Below, in pieces: positions 1 to 14,832 of a stretch of 64,000 nt of DNA. The translations under genes were made by a program, and so were the position numbers. The stretch is from NCBI GenBank assembly GCA_951406725.2, contig OX597828.1, positions 32,984,001-33,048,000 on the forward strand, read 5' to 3'. This stretch comes from Octopus vulgaris. Its lineage: Eukaryota. A model generated the notes under the pieces. That model saw only the letters and a list, made by a program, of their open reading frames with translations. It was not told where the DNA came from and ran no database searches. The first letter of the stretch is position 1. Every line of letters begins with the position of its first letter.

Positions 1-13
1 ATTTCTCGCGTTG

Positions 14-400
14 GATAATGAGGATGATAATGATGATGATGATGATGATGATGACGATGGTGATGACGACGACAATGCTGATGAGGGTGACGGTGATGTT
101 GATGACTATGATGAAGATGAGGATGAGGATAAGAATTATGACGCTCAAAATGATGATGATGATGATGATGATGATGACGACGACCACGGAAGACTATGAC
201 GACGACGGCGATGACCCACGATGATGATGATAATGATGCAGACGTGGAAGTAGTAACGGTGTTGTTGTTGGTGGTGGTGGTGCTGCTGTTGATGATGATG
301 ATCGAAGCAATGATGACGCTCTTAATGAAAGTGATGATGATCATGCCCTCATCATGATAATGACGATGACCATGAAGATGAAGACGGCTTTGATGACGAC
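14..400. repeat. Degenerate (GAT)n/(GAC)n trinucleotide low-complexity tract
   Basis: Runs of GAT with GAC/GGT variants; ORFs here are poly-D/poly-M artefacts. Confidence 0.9.
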
Positions 401-939
401 AAATGTGATGATTCTCGTTCTCGTCAACAGATTTAATCGCTACTTTCTTGGTTGCTCCCGCCAACACCAAAATCGCCATCAATCCCGTCATAGTTTCCTT
501 GTAGTCATCATTCTTTTCGTCAACTGCATCCTCATCCCCGCCTCACCTACCTCTTCATCATCACCATCATAATCGTCACAGTCCTCATTTTTTTCATTTT
601 CTTCATCGTCCTCATTATCATCGTCCTCCTCTCCTCCTCCGCCTCATCATCAGCAGCAGCAGCAGTACCATCACCACCATCAACATCATCATCAACATCA
701 TTGTCGTCGTCATCACGTGCAGCAGCAGAAGCAGCATCCTCATTATTATCATCGACGTCATCGTCATCACCGTCATCATTATCATCATCATCATCATCGT
801 CCTCATTGTTATCATTATTATTTTCCTCAAGAAGATGAACATCATCAGCACTATCTTCAACATCATCATCACCATCATTAGCATCACCATCATCATGATC
901 ATCACCATCATCATCATCATCATCTTCATCATCATCATC

Positions 940-1031
940 ATCATCATCATCCCCACCATCATTATCGTTGTCGTCGTCGTCGTCATCATCATCATCATCA
1001 TCCCCACCGTCATTATTGTTGTCGTCGTCAC

Positions 1032-1063
<32 letters not shown>

Positions 1064-1283
1064 CCACCGTCATTATTGTTGTCGTCGTCACCATCATCAT
1101 CATCATCATTATCATCATCATCTCCACCATCATTATCGTTGTCGTCGTCGTCATCATCATCATCATCATCATCATCCCCACCGTCATTATCGTTGTCGTC
1201 GTCACCATCATCATCACCATCATCATCATTATCATCATCATCATCATCATCATCCCCACCATCATTATTGTTGTTGTCGTCAC

Positions 1284-1357
<74 letters not shown>

Positions 1358-1388
1358 CCACCATCATTATCGTTGTCGTCGTCGTCAC

Positions 1389-1426
<38 letters not shown>

Positions 1427-1490
1427 CCACCATCATTATCGTTGTTGTCGTCGTCACCATCATCATCACCATCATCATCATCATTATCAT
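940..1490. repeat. Compound minisatellite: 8 units of ccccaccRtcattatYgttgtcgtcgtc(acc) plus variable (ATC)n
   Basis: Anchor motif recurs at about 951, 1002, 1062, 1122, 1176, 1254, 1356, 1424 with variable ATC spacer lengths. Confidence 0.85.
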
Positions 1491-1847
1491 AATCAGCAGC
1501 AGCAGCAGCAGGTTCTAGGAAGTATTGATGCTAGCAACTACGGCGGCAGCCTTCATAAACATATGTCGTAACAGAAACATCTGAAACACTGCTGGTTCTA
1601 AATATCGTTTCAAGATGAACGGCTCCAGTTCTATTACTTAAACTAACGTTACCAACACCACTATTGTTGTTGTTGTTGTTGCTGCTGATTCTGCTCCTGC
1701 TGCTACCGCTGCTGTTGTTACTGTTACAGCTATGAGGTAGATTTGTTTTTTTTTCTACTGTAGGAATCACACGGAAAAATACTGTAGTGGAGACGGAGTG
1801 TAATTATATTCTGTTCTGCTAGAGGCTGGTGTGTCTATGATGATGAT

Positions 1848-2828
<981 letters not shown>

Positions 2829-2829
2829 A

Positions 2830-2980
2830 GTGGTTAGGTGGCAGAATCATTAGCGCACCAGTCGTCTAACTTAGAGGTATTTCTTCCGTCCTTGCGTTCG
2901 GAGTTCAAATTGTCCTTCAACCATTCGGGGTCGATAATATAAGCATGATTCATGTAGTGGGGGTCGATGTAACTGGCTTT
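2830..2980 (+). mobile_element. Decayed SINE, family A (tRNA-like head, ttcggggtcgataa core)
   Basis: ggcagaatcattagc...gagttcaaat (B-box-like)...ttcggggtcgataa...gggggtcgatgtaa, matching better-preserved copies at 28385-28620 and 29927-30505. Confidence 0.7.
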
Positions 2981-5074
2981 CTCTTCAAATATGTATCATA
3001 CAAGGAGCAGTTGCCATTGCATATTTAGAATAGGCTTATTTACTTGCAGTAATATGGTCACTTACCCCACCGCTCTTGAAACTTATTGGAGGACTTCACC
3101 TTCTTTCAATTCTCAGATTTTTCTTTAACTTCAACATGAGCTTATTTGATAAGAAATTTCCTTGACTTCAATTTTTCTAATACACAAAGTCATTGGTCAT
3201 ATCCTTCAGGGAAGGAAGTCCAGTTGGATTATGGAGCTTCCCGATAAGTATAATTATACCTACGGATTTGTTCTGCACTTGAGTATCAAAAGATTCGGTT
3301 GCTAACACAATCAAATTGGCTTTGCCTGAAAAATTTATTGCAAAGAAGCAACCCACCCATTCCTGTAGACTGTGCCTGACGAAAGGAAATTGAAAATTGT
3401 CATTAAACCTCTACCTGAAAGTTCTGCGAATTGCGTAATGAAGCCACACTTTATATTGTCCAGTTGGTAAAGTGCAATATAGTAATGACAATAACCCGTA
3501 TGTAAAACGGTGATGTAACTAACGATATCAACAATAGATTATTAATAATTGCATCTGTCAATTGATGCCTGACTAATTTGCTAATCTGTTGATTAGAACA
3601 TTTCTTTGCGTAGGAAGATTCATTCCCTTGGGGCCGTGTTCCTTATTCTTCGTTATGTTCAATGAACAGAGCACAAATTTGTACACTATGCATACAACCT
3701 AAAACTATTTACATCTTGTAAGACACTCTCCTTATCCCTTCGACTAATATATAATCTGTGTATGAACTGAGGTTTGATCAAGTTATTTTAATGCATTCTA
3801 GAAATACAGAGAATAGTTTTCACATACTTGCAACTGTCTGGGCAATTTGGCGAGTATTTTACCCCCCCTCGTCCAATCGTAAGCGGCCACCAGATTCAAA
3901 GTTCTAGCAATTCCACCAGATTAAAAGTTCTAGCAATTCTCTCGTGGAATCGCCTAACATCTGGATCTGTGAAGAACTTCCTTAATTTTGTATATTTATC
4001 TACATTTCCAAACAAGCACTTTTACACCATTCGATTGCCATTCTCCTCACAAGGCCTACATCTCGAATCAGCGAAAGGGAGTAGTCGAGCGTGTCACTAA
4101 AATTCTGGTCTTCCTTGTGATTCCCACATCAATATTTAGTGACCTGGGCTCATCAGAATGTCACATGCGAATGTATTGCAGGGCTCTTAGAAGACTCCAG
4201 TTCCATCTGTATTACTTGTCCGTTTTAGCCTTTGAGAAAATATCGCTTCATTCGACAACTTGTCGTTGACAATGTGTTTATCATTGAATTCCAATAACTC
4301 ACCTTTCTTTTCGAGTTAAGATGTAATTAAGGTTTCTGTTTGACAAGGGAAGACAGGGGGAGTTTGATCGATGGGTTCGGGTCTGTTGCAGTGAGTGTCG
4401 TTTTTGTTCTTGTTGCTACTAATGTTGGCATGGACGCCATTGTCATAACTGCAGCTGCAGATCCTTGTGCTGCTGTCGCTGTTTCTGCTGCTACGATTGC
4501 AGCTTCTGTTACTACCATTGTTGATGTTGGTGTTGTTGAAATTGCACTTATTCTCATCACTGCTGCTGCTGTCATGTTATTAATGTACACCGCTGATTTT
4601 GTTGGGACAGTGTTCTGTGGGTGGATGGACAGTGGAAGGAGGCTCCTCTGCGACGTATTTAATTGAGGACAGAAGTACTTCAGTGATATTCAGTAACACG
4701 CAAATAACACGTTTGCCGTCTGCCCTCAACTGCAACACGCAAATCCTGTCCGCTTAGAGGATTATTTCTACATCATGCCTTTGATCTGAACGAGGACCTC
4801 CACTGTGATCTCAAACCAAAGTACCCACTCTCTTCACTTTACTTCGGGGTGGGTGACACTGCCGTTGAAGACAACATAAATCACTAGCTACCACACATAA
4901 AGTAGAGGTAGGACTCTCTATCTTAACGCGACGTCCATCTCGCTAAATATTTTGGATGAAAGGTTAGTTCCTAGAGACTTACGAGAAACTATGGAGCTTT
5001 GGCACCTTGTCCCAGTTAAAGATCCATATTTCTTTAAGGATTCTTTCCACATATGTGTATGTGTGTGTGTGTGT

Positions 5075-5106
<32 letters not shown>

Positions 5107-5433
5107 TATGGCTTCTAGGTATCGATTTGTTTGCGACACACACGATAAGAAAATTCCTCCGGACAGCTGTTGCCAGAACCTGCAGCGGCATTGCAAAATT
5201 CTGCAAATTTTGCAAAATTTGGTCCTCTCTCATTCACTTTTACAAGTTGTGCTGCAAGACATGCTTCATTGCCGTTTAGGGAATGTGAGAAGCAACGAAA
5301 TTATTTCACCCTTATCGTAGCAAACAATTGCCTGCCTATGGAGTGACCATCACTACTTTGATTGTCGTCTTCGTTGTCCTTGTTACTGCTGCTGTTTCTG
5401 TTGTTGTTATTGTTACTGCTTTTTTGTAGCTGA

Positions 5434-5488
<55 letters not shown>

Positions 5489-5507
5489 AATAATAATAAT
5501 AATGATG

Positions 5508-5594
<87 letters not shown>

Positions 5595-5616
5595 TTAAAA
5601 ATAATGATAATAATAA

Positions 5617-5877
5617 TATATAAAGGATTGAGGTAGCTCCTCCCGAAGATATAGTGTCAAAATTTAATGAAGATTGCCATTGTCATCAAGTGAACGATAT
5701 TTCACCACCTTATGTGTCTTCAACCGGTTCAAAAAATGAATTTGTGAATCTACTTCATTTTGATTAATATATGAAGGATTGAAGTTAATATATAAAGGAT
5801 TGAGATTGGGGAGGCGTTACCACAATTCTTTATATATTAACCAAAATGAAGTAAATTGACAAATTTATTTTTTGAAT
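5617..5877. mobile_element. ~150-bp non-coding repeat (one unit plus short partial and inverted partial), same family as 44058-44402
   Basis: aaggattgaggtagctcctcc...tgccattgtcatcaagtgaacgatatttc...tcttcaaccggttcaaa aligns with 44062-44215; 5804-5877 is the reverse complement of part of the unit. Confidence 0.75.
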
Positions 5878-5878
5878 T

Positions 5879-6040
5879 ATGGTGGCAAGCTGGGGTTTTT
5901 ATGGCTAGCAGAATCGTTACCACGCATGGCGAAATGCTTAGCGGCATTTCGGGGTCGATTAAATAAGTACTAGTTACGCACTGGGGTCTATGTAATCGAC
6001 TTAATCCCTTTCCCTAAGCTCCCATGTGGCAAAAATTTGA

Positions 6041-6045
<5 letters not shown>
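5879..6045 (+). mobile_element. Internally deleted SINE, family A, with (AAT)n tail
   Basis: gcagaatcgttaccacgcatggcgaaatgcttagcggcatttcggggtcgattaaataagtactagttacgcactggggtc. Confidence 0.8.
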
Positions 6046-6079
<34 letters not shown>

Positions 6080-6123
6080 TAATAATAATTATTATTATTA
6101 TTATTATTATGATTATTATTATG

Positions 6124-6174
<51 letters not shown>

Positions 6175-6728
6175 GAGTGAGAGAGCAGTTCATGCCATCA
6201 AAGTGACACTGGGGTAAAATATGCGAAGCCGAATATACCCATCATGACTACCCGTCTGATAAGGGTACACCAGGCACATGCATCACAACCAAATGTGCGC
6301 GACATAGTGATCTCATATCAAGATAAACAGCACATGACCTTGCAGGTGGGGCCCAGTTAGAATTTTCTTCAGGTTGAGTAGCCCATCCCGCTCAAACGGT
6401 CCCTGAATCAGGGTTGTTTAAGGATGTTGAAAGAACCACCCATGTTTCCAGAGGTGAATTATTCAAACCCCAAAGAATCCCTCTCAACACATGGCTATGA
6501 TGCTCCCCCACTATTTCTGCTCGTGATCAGAGATGCACATATCGTCAGCCACTAAGGGACATGCTCAACTGGTTAAGGTCAAACAACAGACAAGCAAATC
6601 TGTGGTATTGAGCAGAATATTTGCTGTAGCCCATCTTTTATACCAAGACAAAACAATGTACATGATAACACTTCCAATCAGTTAAGATCAGAAGCTATGA
6701 GAGCCACTGCCTGGTACTGCATCATGGC
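6175..6728. mobile_element. ~550-bp non-coding interspersed element embedded in (TTA)n, full-length copy
   Basis: Defined ends gagtgagagagcagttcatgcc and gccactgcctggtactgcatc; three further copies in the window, all next to TAA/TGA triplet runs. Confidence 0.85.
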
Positions 6729-6978
6729 TATTATACTGCATCAGAGCTATGGTACTGCATCAGGGCTATGGTGCTGCATCAGGGCTATGGTACTGCATCA
6801 GGGCTATGGTACTGCATCAGGGCTATTATACTGCATCAGGGCTATGGTACTGCATCAGGGCTATGGTACTGAATCAGGGCTATGGTACTGCATCAGGGCT
6901 ATTATACTGCATCAGGGCTATGGTACTGCATCAGCGCTATGGTTCTGCATCAGGGCTATTATACTGCATCAGGGCTAT
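6713..6978. repeat. 19-bp minisatellite, 14 units (ggtactgcatcagggctat / tatactgcatcagggctat)
   Basis: Counted directly; the unit equals the terminal bases of the preceding element plus one TAT triplet. Confidence 0.95.
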
Positions 6979-6997
6979 TATTATTATTATTATTATT

Positions 6998-7157
6998 GTG
7001 TGAGAGAGCAGTTCATGCCATCAAAGTGACACTGGGGTAAAATATACGAAGCCCAATATACCCATCATGACTACCCGTCTGATAAGGGTACACCAGGCAC
7101 ATAACACTTCCAATCAGTTAAGATCAGAAGCCATGAGAGCCACTGCCTGGTACTGCA

Positions 7158-7158
<1 letters not shown>
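6998..7158. mobile_element. Internally deleted copy of the 6175-6728 element (both ends kept, ~375 bp lost)
   Basis: caccaggcacat joins directly to aacacttccaatcag; flanked by (TTA)n on both sides. Confidence 0.9.
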
Positions 7159-7242
<84 letters not shown>

Positions 7243-7846
7243 GTTGTTGTTGTTGTTGTTGTTGTTATTATTATTATTATTATTAATATTATTGTTATTG
7301 TTGTTGTTGTGTTGTTTTTGTTGCTTTAGCTCTTTACGTCGTTGGTGTTGGTGCCTTTTCGTAATTTGTTGTTTGTTTTTTTTTTAGTTGCTGTTGCTGC
7401 TGTTGTTAGTAGCGTTGTTACCTGTGTCGGTACTCTCGTTAGAACTTTGCCTTTCCTATTGTTACCATTTTCTGTTATTGTTGTTTTATTGTTAATGTTG
7501 CGGTTCTCGTGCATATACTGCTTCTTACATCCACCCCTAACAGCGCTTGTATTCGAACATAGGTGACATCGAGCAGTGGTATCAATCATTCCTGCTGCAC
7601 GCTCCTCGTTTAATCGAGGTCGTAGGTTATATTGATGCAATAATTCGAAAACAAAGACGAAAAAAAGACGAGTACAAATTTAAAAGACAAATTGCTCAAC
7701 TTTTGCTCTTCGTGGCACATTTTGTCTGACCTCTCGTCATCCAGTAAAGCAGCGGTTCCTATGCAAATTTTTAACAAAATTTGATAAGAGCAAGCAATTA
7801 ATTTCCAACCCATGCGAGCTGACACGACGTAATCCACTAGAAACGA

Positions 7847-8210
<364 letters not shown>

Positions 8211-8309
8211 AGCTGTTTTAAAGTTAGACACAAGGCGAGTAATTTCGGGGAAGGGGTTAAGTCGATTGCATCGACCCCAGTGCTCAACTGGTACCTAATT
8301 TAAAGACCA

Positions 8310-9435
8310 CAATAAAGCAAGACATTTGATTTGATGATGATCTCGGTGACTGAAAATAAATTCAAGAAACTCATTCTGTAAAGAACGGGACTGAAAAATA
8401 TAAATCAGAGCAACACATATAACAGAAATAGAAAACGCTAGCGAACCTGACCTAATACCAGCAAAGGTAGTCAAAATGTTGGCGATGAACTCAACAGCGG
8501 GAGGACTTAAAACGTGGAAACACAGATGGTAACAGAAGACTCTTCATGGGTAGCACGCACTCCATATCAGGGAACCGCTTGCAGTCGTATCACAAAATCA
8601 TGAGTAGCGGTAAAGTTCAAGGCTGAAGGCAGAAAGAAAAAGGATTTGTTCTTGCTGCATGTAGCAGAGCCTTGGCGCAATGAATTATCAAATTCACGTC
8701 CGCAAAAACTGAACCGGCCCTAAATGCAGGGCCTGTGATGCCCATAAAACAATTGACTATATAGTATTTATATGCGCATCCCTAGCTGAAACCGAATATA
8801 AACTTAGACACGACAAGGTTCGTTACTGGACAACGTGCAAAAGTCATAGTGCTGAACATGCGAAAAGCTGGTCTGAACACCAATCCAAACCAACAGTTGA
8901 AAGTAACGATATCAAAATACCTTGAGAATTTGAGGCACATACTAATCGAATAATTAGTATCAACCTCACAGATTATTATTATAAAAGGCACCAACATTAG
9001 GTAGGCCTGCCTACTTTTGCGAATCACAATGCCATTTGACAAAACTGCACTTGCCAAGGTATATGACAAACTTGCCAACTACAAATACCTTGATGCTGAA
9101 ATAAGCAGGATGTGACACTTGAAGACGGAGGCAATATCACTTGTGACAGGAGCACCGGGGGTCATAAACTAAGCAGTCAATGGCTTCTTTCAAGAAATCC
9201 AGGGAGAATCTAGCATATACGAAAGCCAGAAACAAGTACTAAAAAATACGGTCATACGCTACGTAAGTTCTTTTCCATATAATCTGCATTCTGAACACTT
9301 TTATTTTCTCTCTATTTATTATTAATCGATACAAAAATGGAAAACGAACAGAATCGGAGATGAGTTAAACAATGATATTAGGCTACAGTGCCTGCTCTTT
9401 GTCACGAGGCAGAAATTTGTTATCAAAGTAATAAT
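8310..9435 (+). mobile_element. Decayed 3' end of an R4/Dong-clade LINE (zinc knuckle plus restriction-like endonuclease)
   Basis: Manual translation across frameshifts: PKCRACDAHKTIDYI..CASLAETEYKLRHDKV, KSWSEHQSKPTVESNDIKI, ITMPFDKTALAKVYDKLANYKYLDAEISRM, ISLVTGAPG, QKQVLKNT..LRKFFSI*; followed by TAA/TGA repeats. Confidence 0.85.
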
Positions 9436-9459
9436 AGTGATGATGATGATGATGATGAT

Positions 9460-9490
<31 letters not shown>

Positions 9491-9717
9491 AGGGAAGGGG
9501 ATGAGAAGGGGAGGATGAGGAGGAAGAGGAGGAGGAGGGGGAAGGGGATGATGATGATGATGAGGGGGGGAAGGGGATTATGAGGAGGAGGAGGAGGAGG
9601 AGGAGGATGAAGGGGATGAGGAGGGGAGGATGATGATGATGATGATGAGGAGGAGGAGGAGGAAGGGGATGATGATGATGATGATGATGAGGGGGAGGAG
9701 GAGGAAGATGAAGAAGG

Positions 9718-9748
<31 letters not shown>

Positions 9749-9750
9749 AT

Positions 9751-10270
9751 TGATGCAGAACTAGACAGTGGCTCTCATGGCTGATGATCTTAACTGACTG
9801 GAAGTGTTATCATGTACATTGTTTTGTCTTGGTAAACAAGATGATTATAATAATTATTCTGCTCAATACCACAGATTTGCCTGACAGTTGTTTGACCATA
9901 ACCAGTTGAGCATGCCCCTTAGGGGATGGAGATATGTTCATCTCTGATCATGAGCATAAGAAAGTGGGGGAGCATCATAGTCATATGTTGAGAAGAATTC
10001 TTTGGGGTTTGGAAAATTTGTCTCTTGGAACATGTTTCTTGCAACATCCTCAAAAAGCCCTTATTCAGGGACCAATTGAGCAGGCTTGGCTACTCGAATT
10101 GAACCCCGCCTACATGGTCATGCGCTCTTTATTTTGATATGTCGCGTAAGTATGGTTGTGATGCTTGTGTCTGGTGTATATTTGTCAGACAGGTAGTCAT
10201 GATGGGTATACTGGGATCCGTATATTTGTACCCCAGTGTCACTTTGATGGCAATCTCTGTTCTCTCACTC
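9751..10270. mobile_element. Diverged inverted copy of the 6175-6728 element
   Basis: Reverse-complement match from tgatgcagaactagacagtggctctcatgg to gttctctcactc, then (AAT)n. Confidence 0.88.
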
Positions 10271-10292
10271 AATAATAATAATAATAATGATG

Positions 10293-10475
<183 letters not shown>

Positions 10476-10514
10476 GTTATAATGATGATAATAATAATAA
10501 CAATAATAATAATA

Positions 10515-10726
10515 ATGCAGTACCAGGCATTAGCTCTCTTGAACTTTGTTAACTGATTGGAAGTGTTATCATGTACATTGTTTTGCTTCTTGATTCTTTG
10601 TGGTTTGAATAATTCACCTCTGGAAACATGGGTTTTTCTTTTAACATCCTTAAACATCCTTATTCAGGGACCTTTTCAGCGGGATGGGCTACTCAGAAGA
10701 AAATTCTAACTGAGCCCCACCTGCAA
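10515..10726. mobile_element. Partial, internally deleted inverted copy of the 6175-6728 element
   Basis: tgcagtaccaggc...ttaactgattggaagtgttatcatgtacattg...gggatgggctactc...ccccacctgcaa. Confidence 0.85.
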
Positions 10727-11102
10727 TCTTTTTTACTATAGGAACAAGGCGTGAATTTTTTTTTGTCGGGGTGGGGGGCTACTCGATTAACGAATCCAGT
10801 ACATGACTGGTACTTAATTTAGCGACACCGAAAAGATGAAAGGCCAAGTCGACCGTGATGGAATTTGACACTAACCAATTTATCAGGCGCGGTAACGGTT
10901 CTGCCAGCTCGCCTCCCTGTAAGTAATCCCTTCTGATGTAGATATAAGCCCTGGAATTTGTGAGGAGGCGGTAAGTCGACCCCGAAAGAATAAAAGGTAA
11001 AGTCGACCACGGCGGAATTTGAACTCAGAATGTTTAGACGGACGAAAAGCCGCAAAAAACCTTTCACCTGCCGTGCTAACGATTCAGCCAGCTCAACGCC
11101 TT
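10727..11102 (-). mobile_element. Two adjacent SINE family A copies
   Basis: ctggtacttaattt...gatgaaaggccaagtcgacc...ggaatttg and gtcgaccacggcggaatttgaactcagaa...gctaacgattcagccagctc. Confidence 0.8.
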
Positions 11103-11129
11103 AAAAACAATAATGATAATAATAATAAT

Positions 11130-11235
<106 letters not shown>

Positions 11236-11337
11236 TGGCCTACCAATGTATACTATGAGTTTCTTTGCCCTAGGAGTCGGGAAGACCCTCGGCAAGAAAT
11301 GGAAGCAAATTTGTAAGTAGAAGAAAAAAAAAAATAA

Positions 11338-11379
<42 letters not shown>

Positions 11380-11943
11380 GCTGATGACGATGAGGTGCAT
11401 GGTGATGACGACGACGATGACGACAGTATCAGTTTTGTAGCAGGAGCAGTAGTAGTTGAAGTATAGTTGGTAGTTGTAATAATCACTGTTAAAGTTGTTA
11501 GTACTTAATCACGAACGTTCATAGTGATCGTCTCCAAGGTGAAGAAGCTGTAGCAGCTAGCCGTAGTACGAGTAGCGTCGCTTGCGATGCAACAAATAGC
11601 AAACGGCGAATACCAATCGTTGGCGCTGGAATCGGTGGAAAGAACTACTGTTGAACTTGCTTAGCTGGTTGTTGGCTCTGTCTTAGCTGGCTCTATTGAT
11701 GGAAGTGTGTATGTGTGCGTGTGTGTGTGCGTGTGCGTGTGTGTGTGTCTGTGTATGAGTGTGCGTGTGAAAGTCTATTCACACACATTCATATATGTGT
11801 GTGTGTGTGAGTGTTTATGCATATATATATAGTTATATATATATATTATTATGCACACATATATACATATATGTATGTAAAAAAAATATATTCATATACC
11901 TATATATACGTATATGTATATATAAATATGTGCTTATAGCTAC

Positions 11944-12008
<65 letters not shown>

Positions 12009-12109
12009 TATATATGTATGTATGTACATATGTATGTGTGGATATATATACACATACATACATATCTTAAGTATGTAGGTACTTATGCATACCTATATCG
12101 ACATATAAA

Positions 12110-12188
<79 letters not shown>

Positions 12189-13354
12189 TGTATATATACA
12201 TATCTATATACACGTACATATATATGTATGTGTGTATCTATATGTGTGTGTGAATGTATATGTGCATATGTATATATGTATTATATAATAAATGAAATAT
12301 AGGTAATAAATATATATGTATGTAGTTATGTGTGTATGTATTATGTGTGTGAGTGCATGTTTATATGTATATATGCATAAATGTGTGTGTGTGTGTGTGT
12401 GTATATGGAGCTTGTTTGGTTGTTAACATTCCATATAAGTTGCGATTACTGCTTTCGTGACAAGCTTTCCACCAAGTATCGTGTGTAAGGGCGATTAAAG
12501 GGAAATTGAATTTAGCAAGACAATGTAAATCAGAGGGCTTCATTAAGATAATAGGGAAACGGGCTAATGAGTGCCGTTACTCTAATTACAGAGCGTAATT
12601 GAAGATTTGTGTTGATTGAGAATCTGTGTTCACTGATACTTCGACTTACAAATATGTCGCTTTCTCCTCTGCCTTTGACAATCCTCGTATCTCTCTCTCT
12701 CTCTCAATTTTCCTCTTCCTCTCTCACTCTCTTTAACTCTCTTTCCTCATCACCCTCATTCTACTCTCTTTGGCTTTCCAAGCAACGATCGATGTTATCA
12801 GAAAGAAGGCTATAAGGTTAAATGTAATAATTATAACATCACTTTGTAGACAGTTTGCTATTTTGTAAGGTCAATTTAAATTCGATGCATTCCTTTCACA
12901 GGAGTAACAACCGCTTTATTCAAATCCGTGTGAGAGTTATATTTTTGCTTTGACACCATGCGTGGTATATCATTTCGCTTCGTTTCATGAGATTTCGAAT
13001 CATTTATTCATTGGTGCCCATCTCTTACAGTTTCATATCATTTGCGATAAAACTTTGGAACCAACAACATGGTTGCGCTGCCCTCTATAAATGGCAGGCA
13101 AATCACCTTGAAATTTAAACCTTTCGTTTTACAAAAGGAAGGATATACTGCGACATTCTGCATTGCAGATGTAGCTATGACCACGTTTTCCAGTGGTCAT
13201 AACCGATATTAATTTCACAAAGCTGTACCAAGAATCTTCGTGTCCAACTAGCTTCAAAATCACGTTCTAATAACTTCTGTCGTAGACATCGATGTAGTTG
13301 AGAGGTTATTACCCTATATTAAAATGCGTGGGTATCCATCATATAGCATGTGAA

Positions 13355-13590
13355 TAGGTGGCGAGCTGGCAGACTCGTTAGGACGCTGGACAAAAAGCTT
13401 CGTGGCATTTCGTCCGTCTTTTCGTCCTGAGGTCAAAGAGCGCCGAAGTCGACCTTGCCTTTTATCTTTCCGGGGTCGATGAAATAAGTACCAGTTAAGC
13501 ACTGGGGTCAATGTAATAGACTAGCCACTACCCCTCCCCCCACTCCGGATACAATTTTTCAGGTATTCTGTCTATAGTAGAAATAAATAT
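13355..13590 (+). mobile_element. SINE family A
   Basis: ggtggcgagctggcagactcgttag...gtcgaccttgccttttatctttccggggtcgatgaaataagtaccagtt. Confidence 0.85.
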
Positions 13591-14771
13591 ATAACATTGC
13601 ATATGGCCTCTTCAGATCTTAAAGCAATGGCCAACATTTCCTATCGTTTTTCAGCTACGTTAGACATAGAAAATAAAGCAGATGGTTTACTGCTTCATCT
13701 CCTTTGATAAACGGTCTTCTCGAACTGCCTTAACCTGCATCTAAATAAGAAAACAACTCAGCAACTGTTCCATTGTATATCTTATATATTTTGTTGCCTC
13801 GATCTACCCATTTATCTCAAGGAATCTCTGAGATTTTTTTTGATGTACACAAAGAGACCCAGGACGGATCGAAAAGTGTTGTACACAATAAAGTCTATTA
13901 CTCATTCAATCTCCTATTCTATTAATACTGTTACCCCAACCGCCACTACGAAGTTTCTGCAATAAATCTACGGATAACAACAGGTAATCGAAACTGTGCC
14001 GGTGCTTCATATATTTATACATTTTGGATAATTTTTTCATTATATATATATATATGATTATAGTGGCATCGAGATAAATATTTAATAGCTTTGGAGGTTA
14101 TTTTATCCGTGTAATATTTTCATAAAATATATATTTCCTAGCGAGTATAATAATGTCAATACTAAAAATAGTAATAGAAATATTTTTGGCAAATTTAATG
14201 CATCTACTAACAAGGCTGGGAAAGATATGGACAGGTAAATTATTTCTGTGCTAAAATGCCTGCATTTAGAGATTAAATATATCAGATGAAATATCATAAA
14301 TCCGAAATAAAAAGAATATATAGAAAAACATGAATAAATTTGTTTAATCCCCCTCTCAACGTGCATTTTTCTGCAATAAAAATATTCTTTTAACTTTTGC
14401 AAAACAGTTCTCCGCTTGCAGTTATTACAAGAACTTTCAAGAAAAAAATCCATTAAAGTGTCCTATTGTACAGCACTCATGTTTTCGTTATCCGTGGTAA
14501 ATACGAAACGAAAGTAGAGCTGTATGATTTCTCCATCACACCCGTGACTGTGATTCTTACAAATATACAATTTCGAATGAATGCACACCCGAACGTTGCA
14601 GTGAGTCTGAAAGATTTGTTTACAGCGTCTGAATACCGCTTGTAAATAAGTCGATGAGACGACTCAGTGCACGTTTATCTTAAAGAGGTAGACTTAGCAT
14701 AAAATAAATATTTTACATCTTACTGATACGAAGAAGCCCCAACACACACACATACATAGACGCAAATATAC

Positions 14772-14825
<54 letters not shown>

Positions 14826-14832
14826 AGAGAGT

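Noticed and set aside
940-1490. Repeat-spacer pattern resembling a CRISPR array
   Set aside because: Spacers are only (ATC)n, with no unique spacers or cas genes, in a eukaryotic context
3061-3340. Possible minus-strand exon (tttcag acceptor near 3326, gtaag donor near 3065)
   Set aside because: All three frames contain stops
4110-4160. CTGATGA on the minus strand
   Set aside because: No stem II, GAAA or cleavage triplet in the required arrangement
4327-4666. Hydrophobic or Ala/Thr-rich ORFs suggesting a membrane protein or mucin
   Set aside because: Decayed GCT/GTT triplet repeat with no splice or homology support
6697-7029. Repetitive Cys/Tyr/Gly-rich ORFs
   Set aside because: Product of the 19-bp minisatellite cycling through frames
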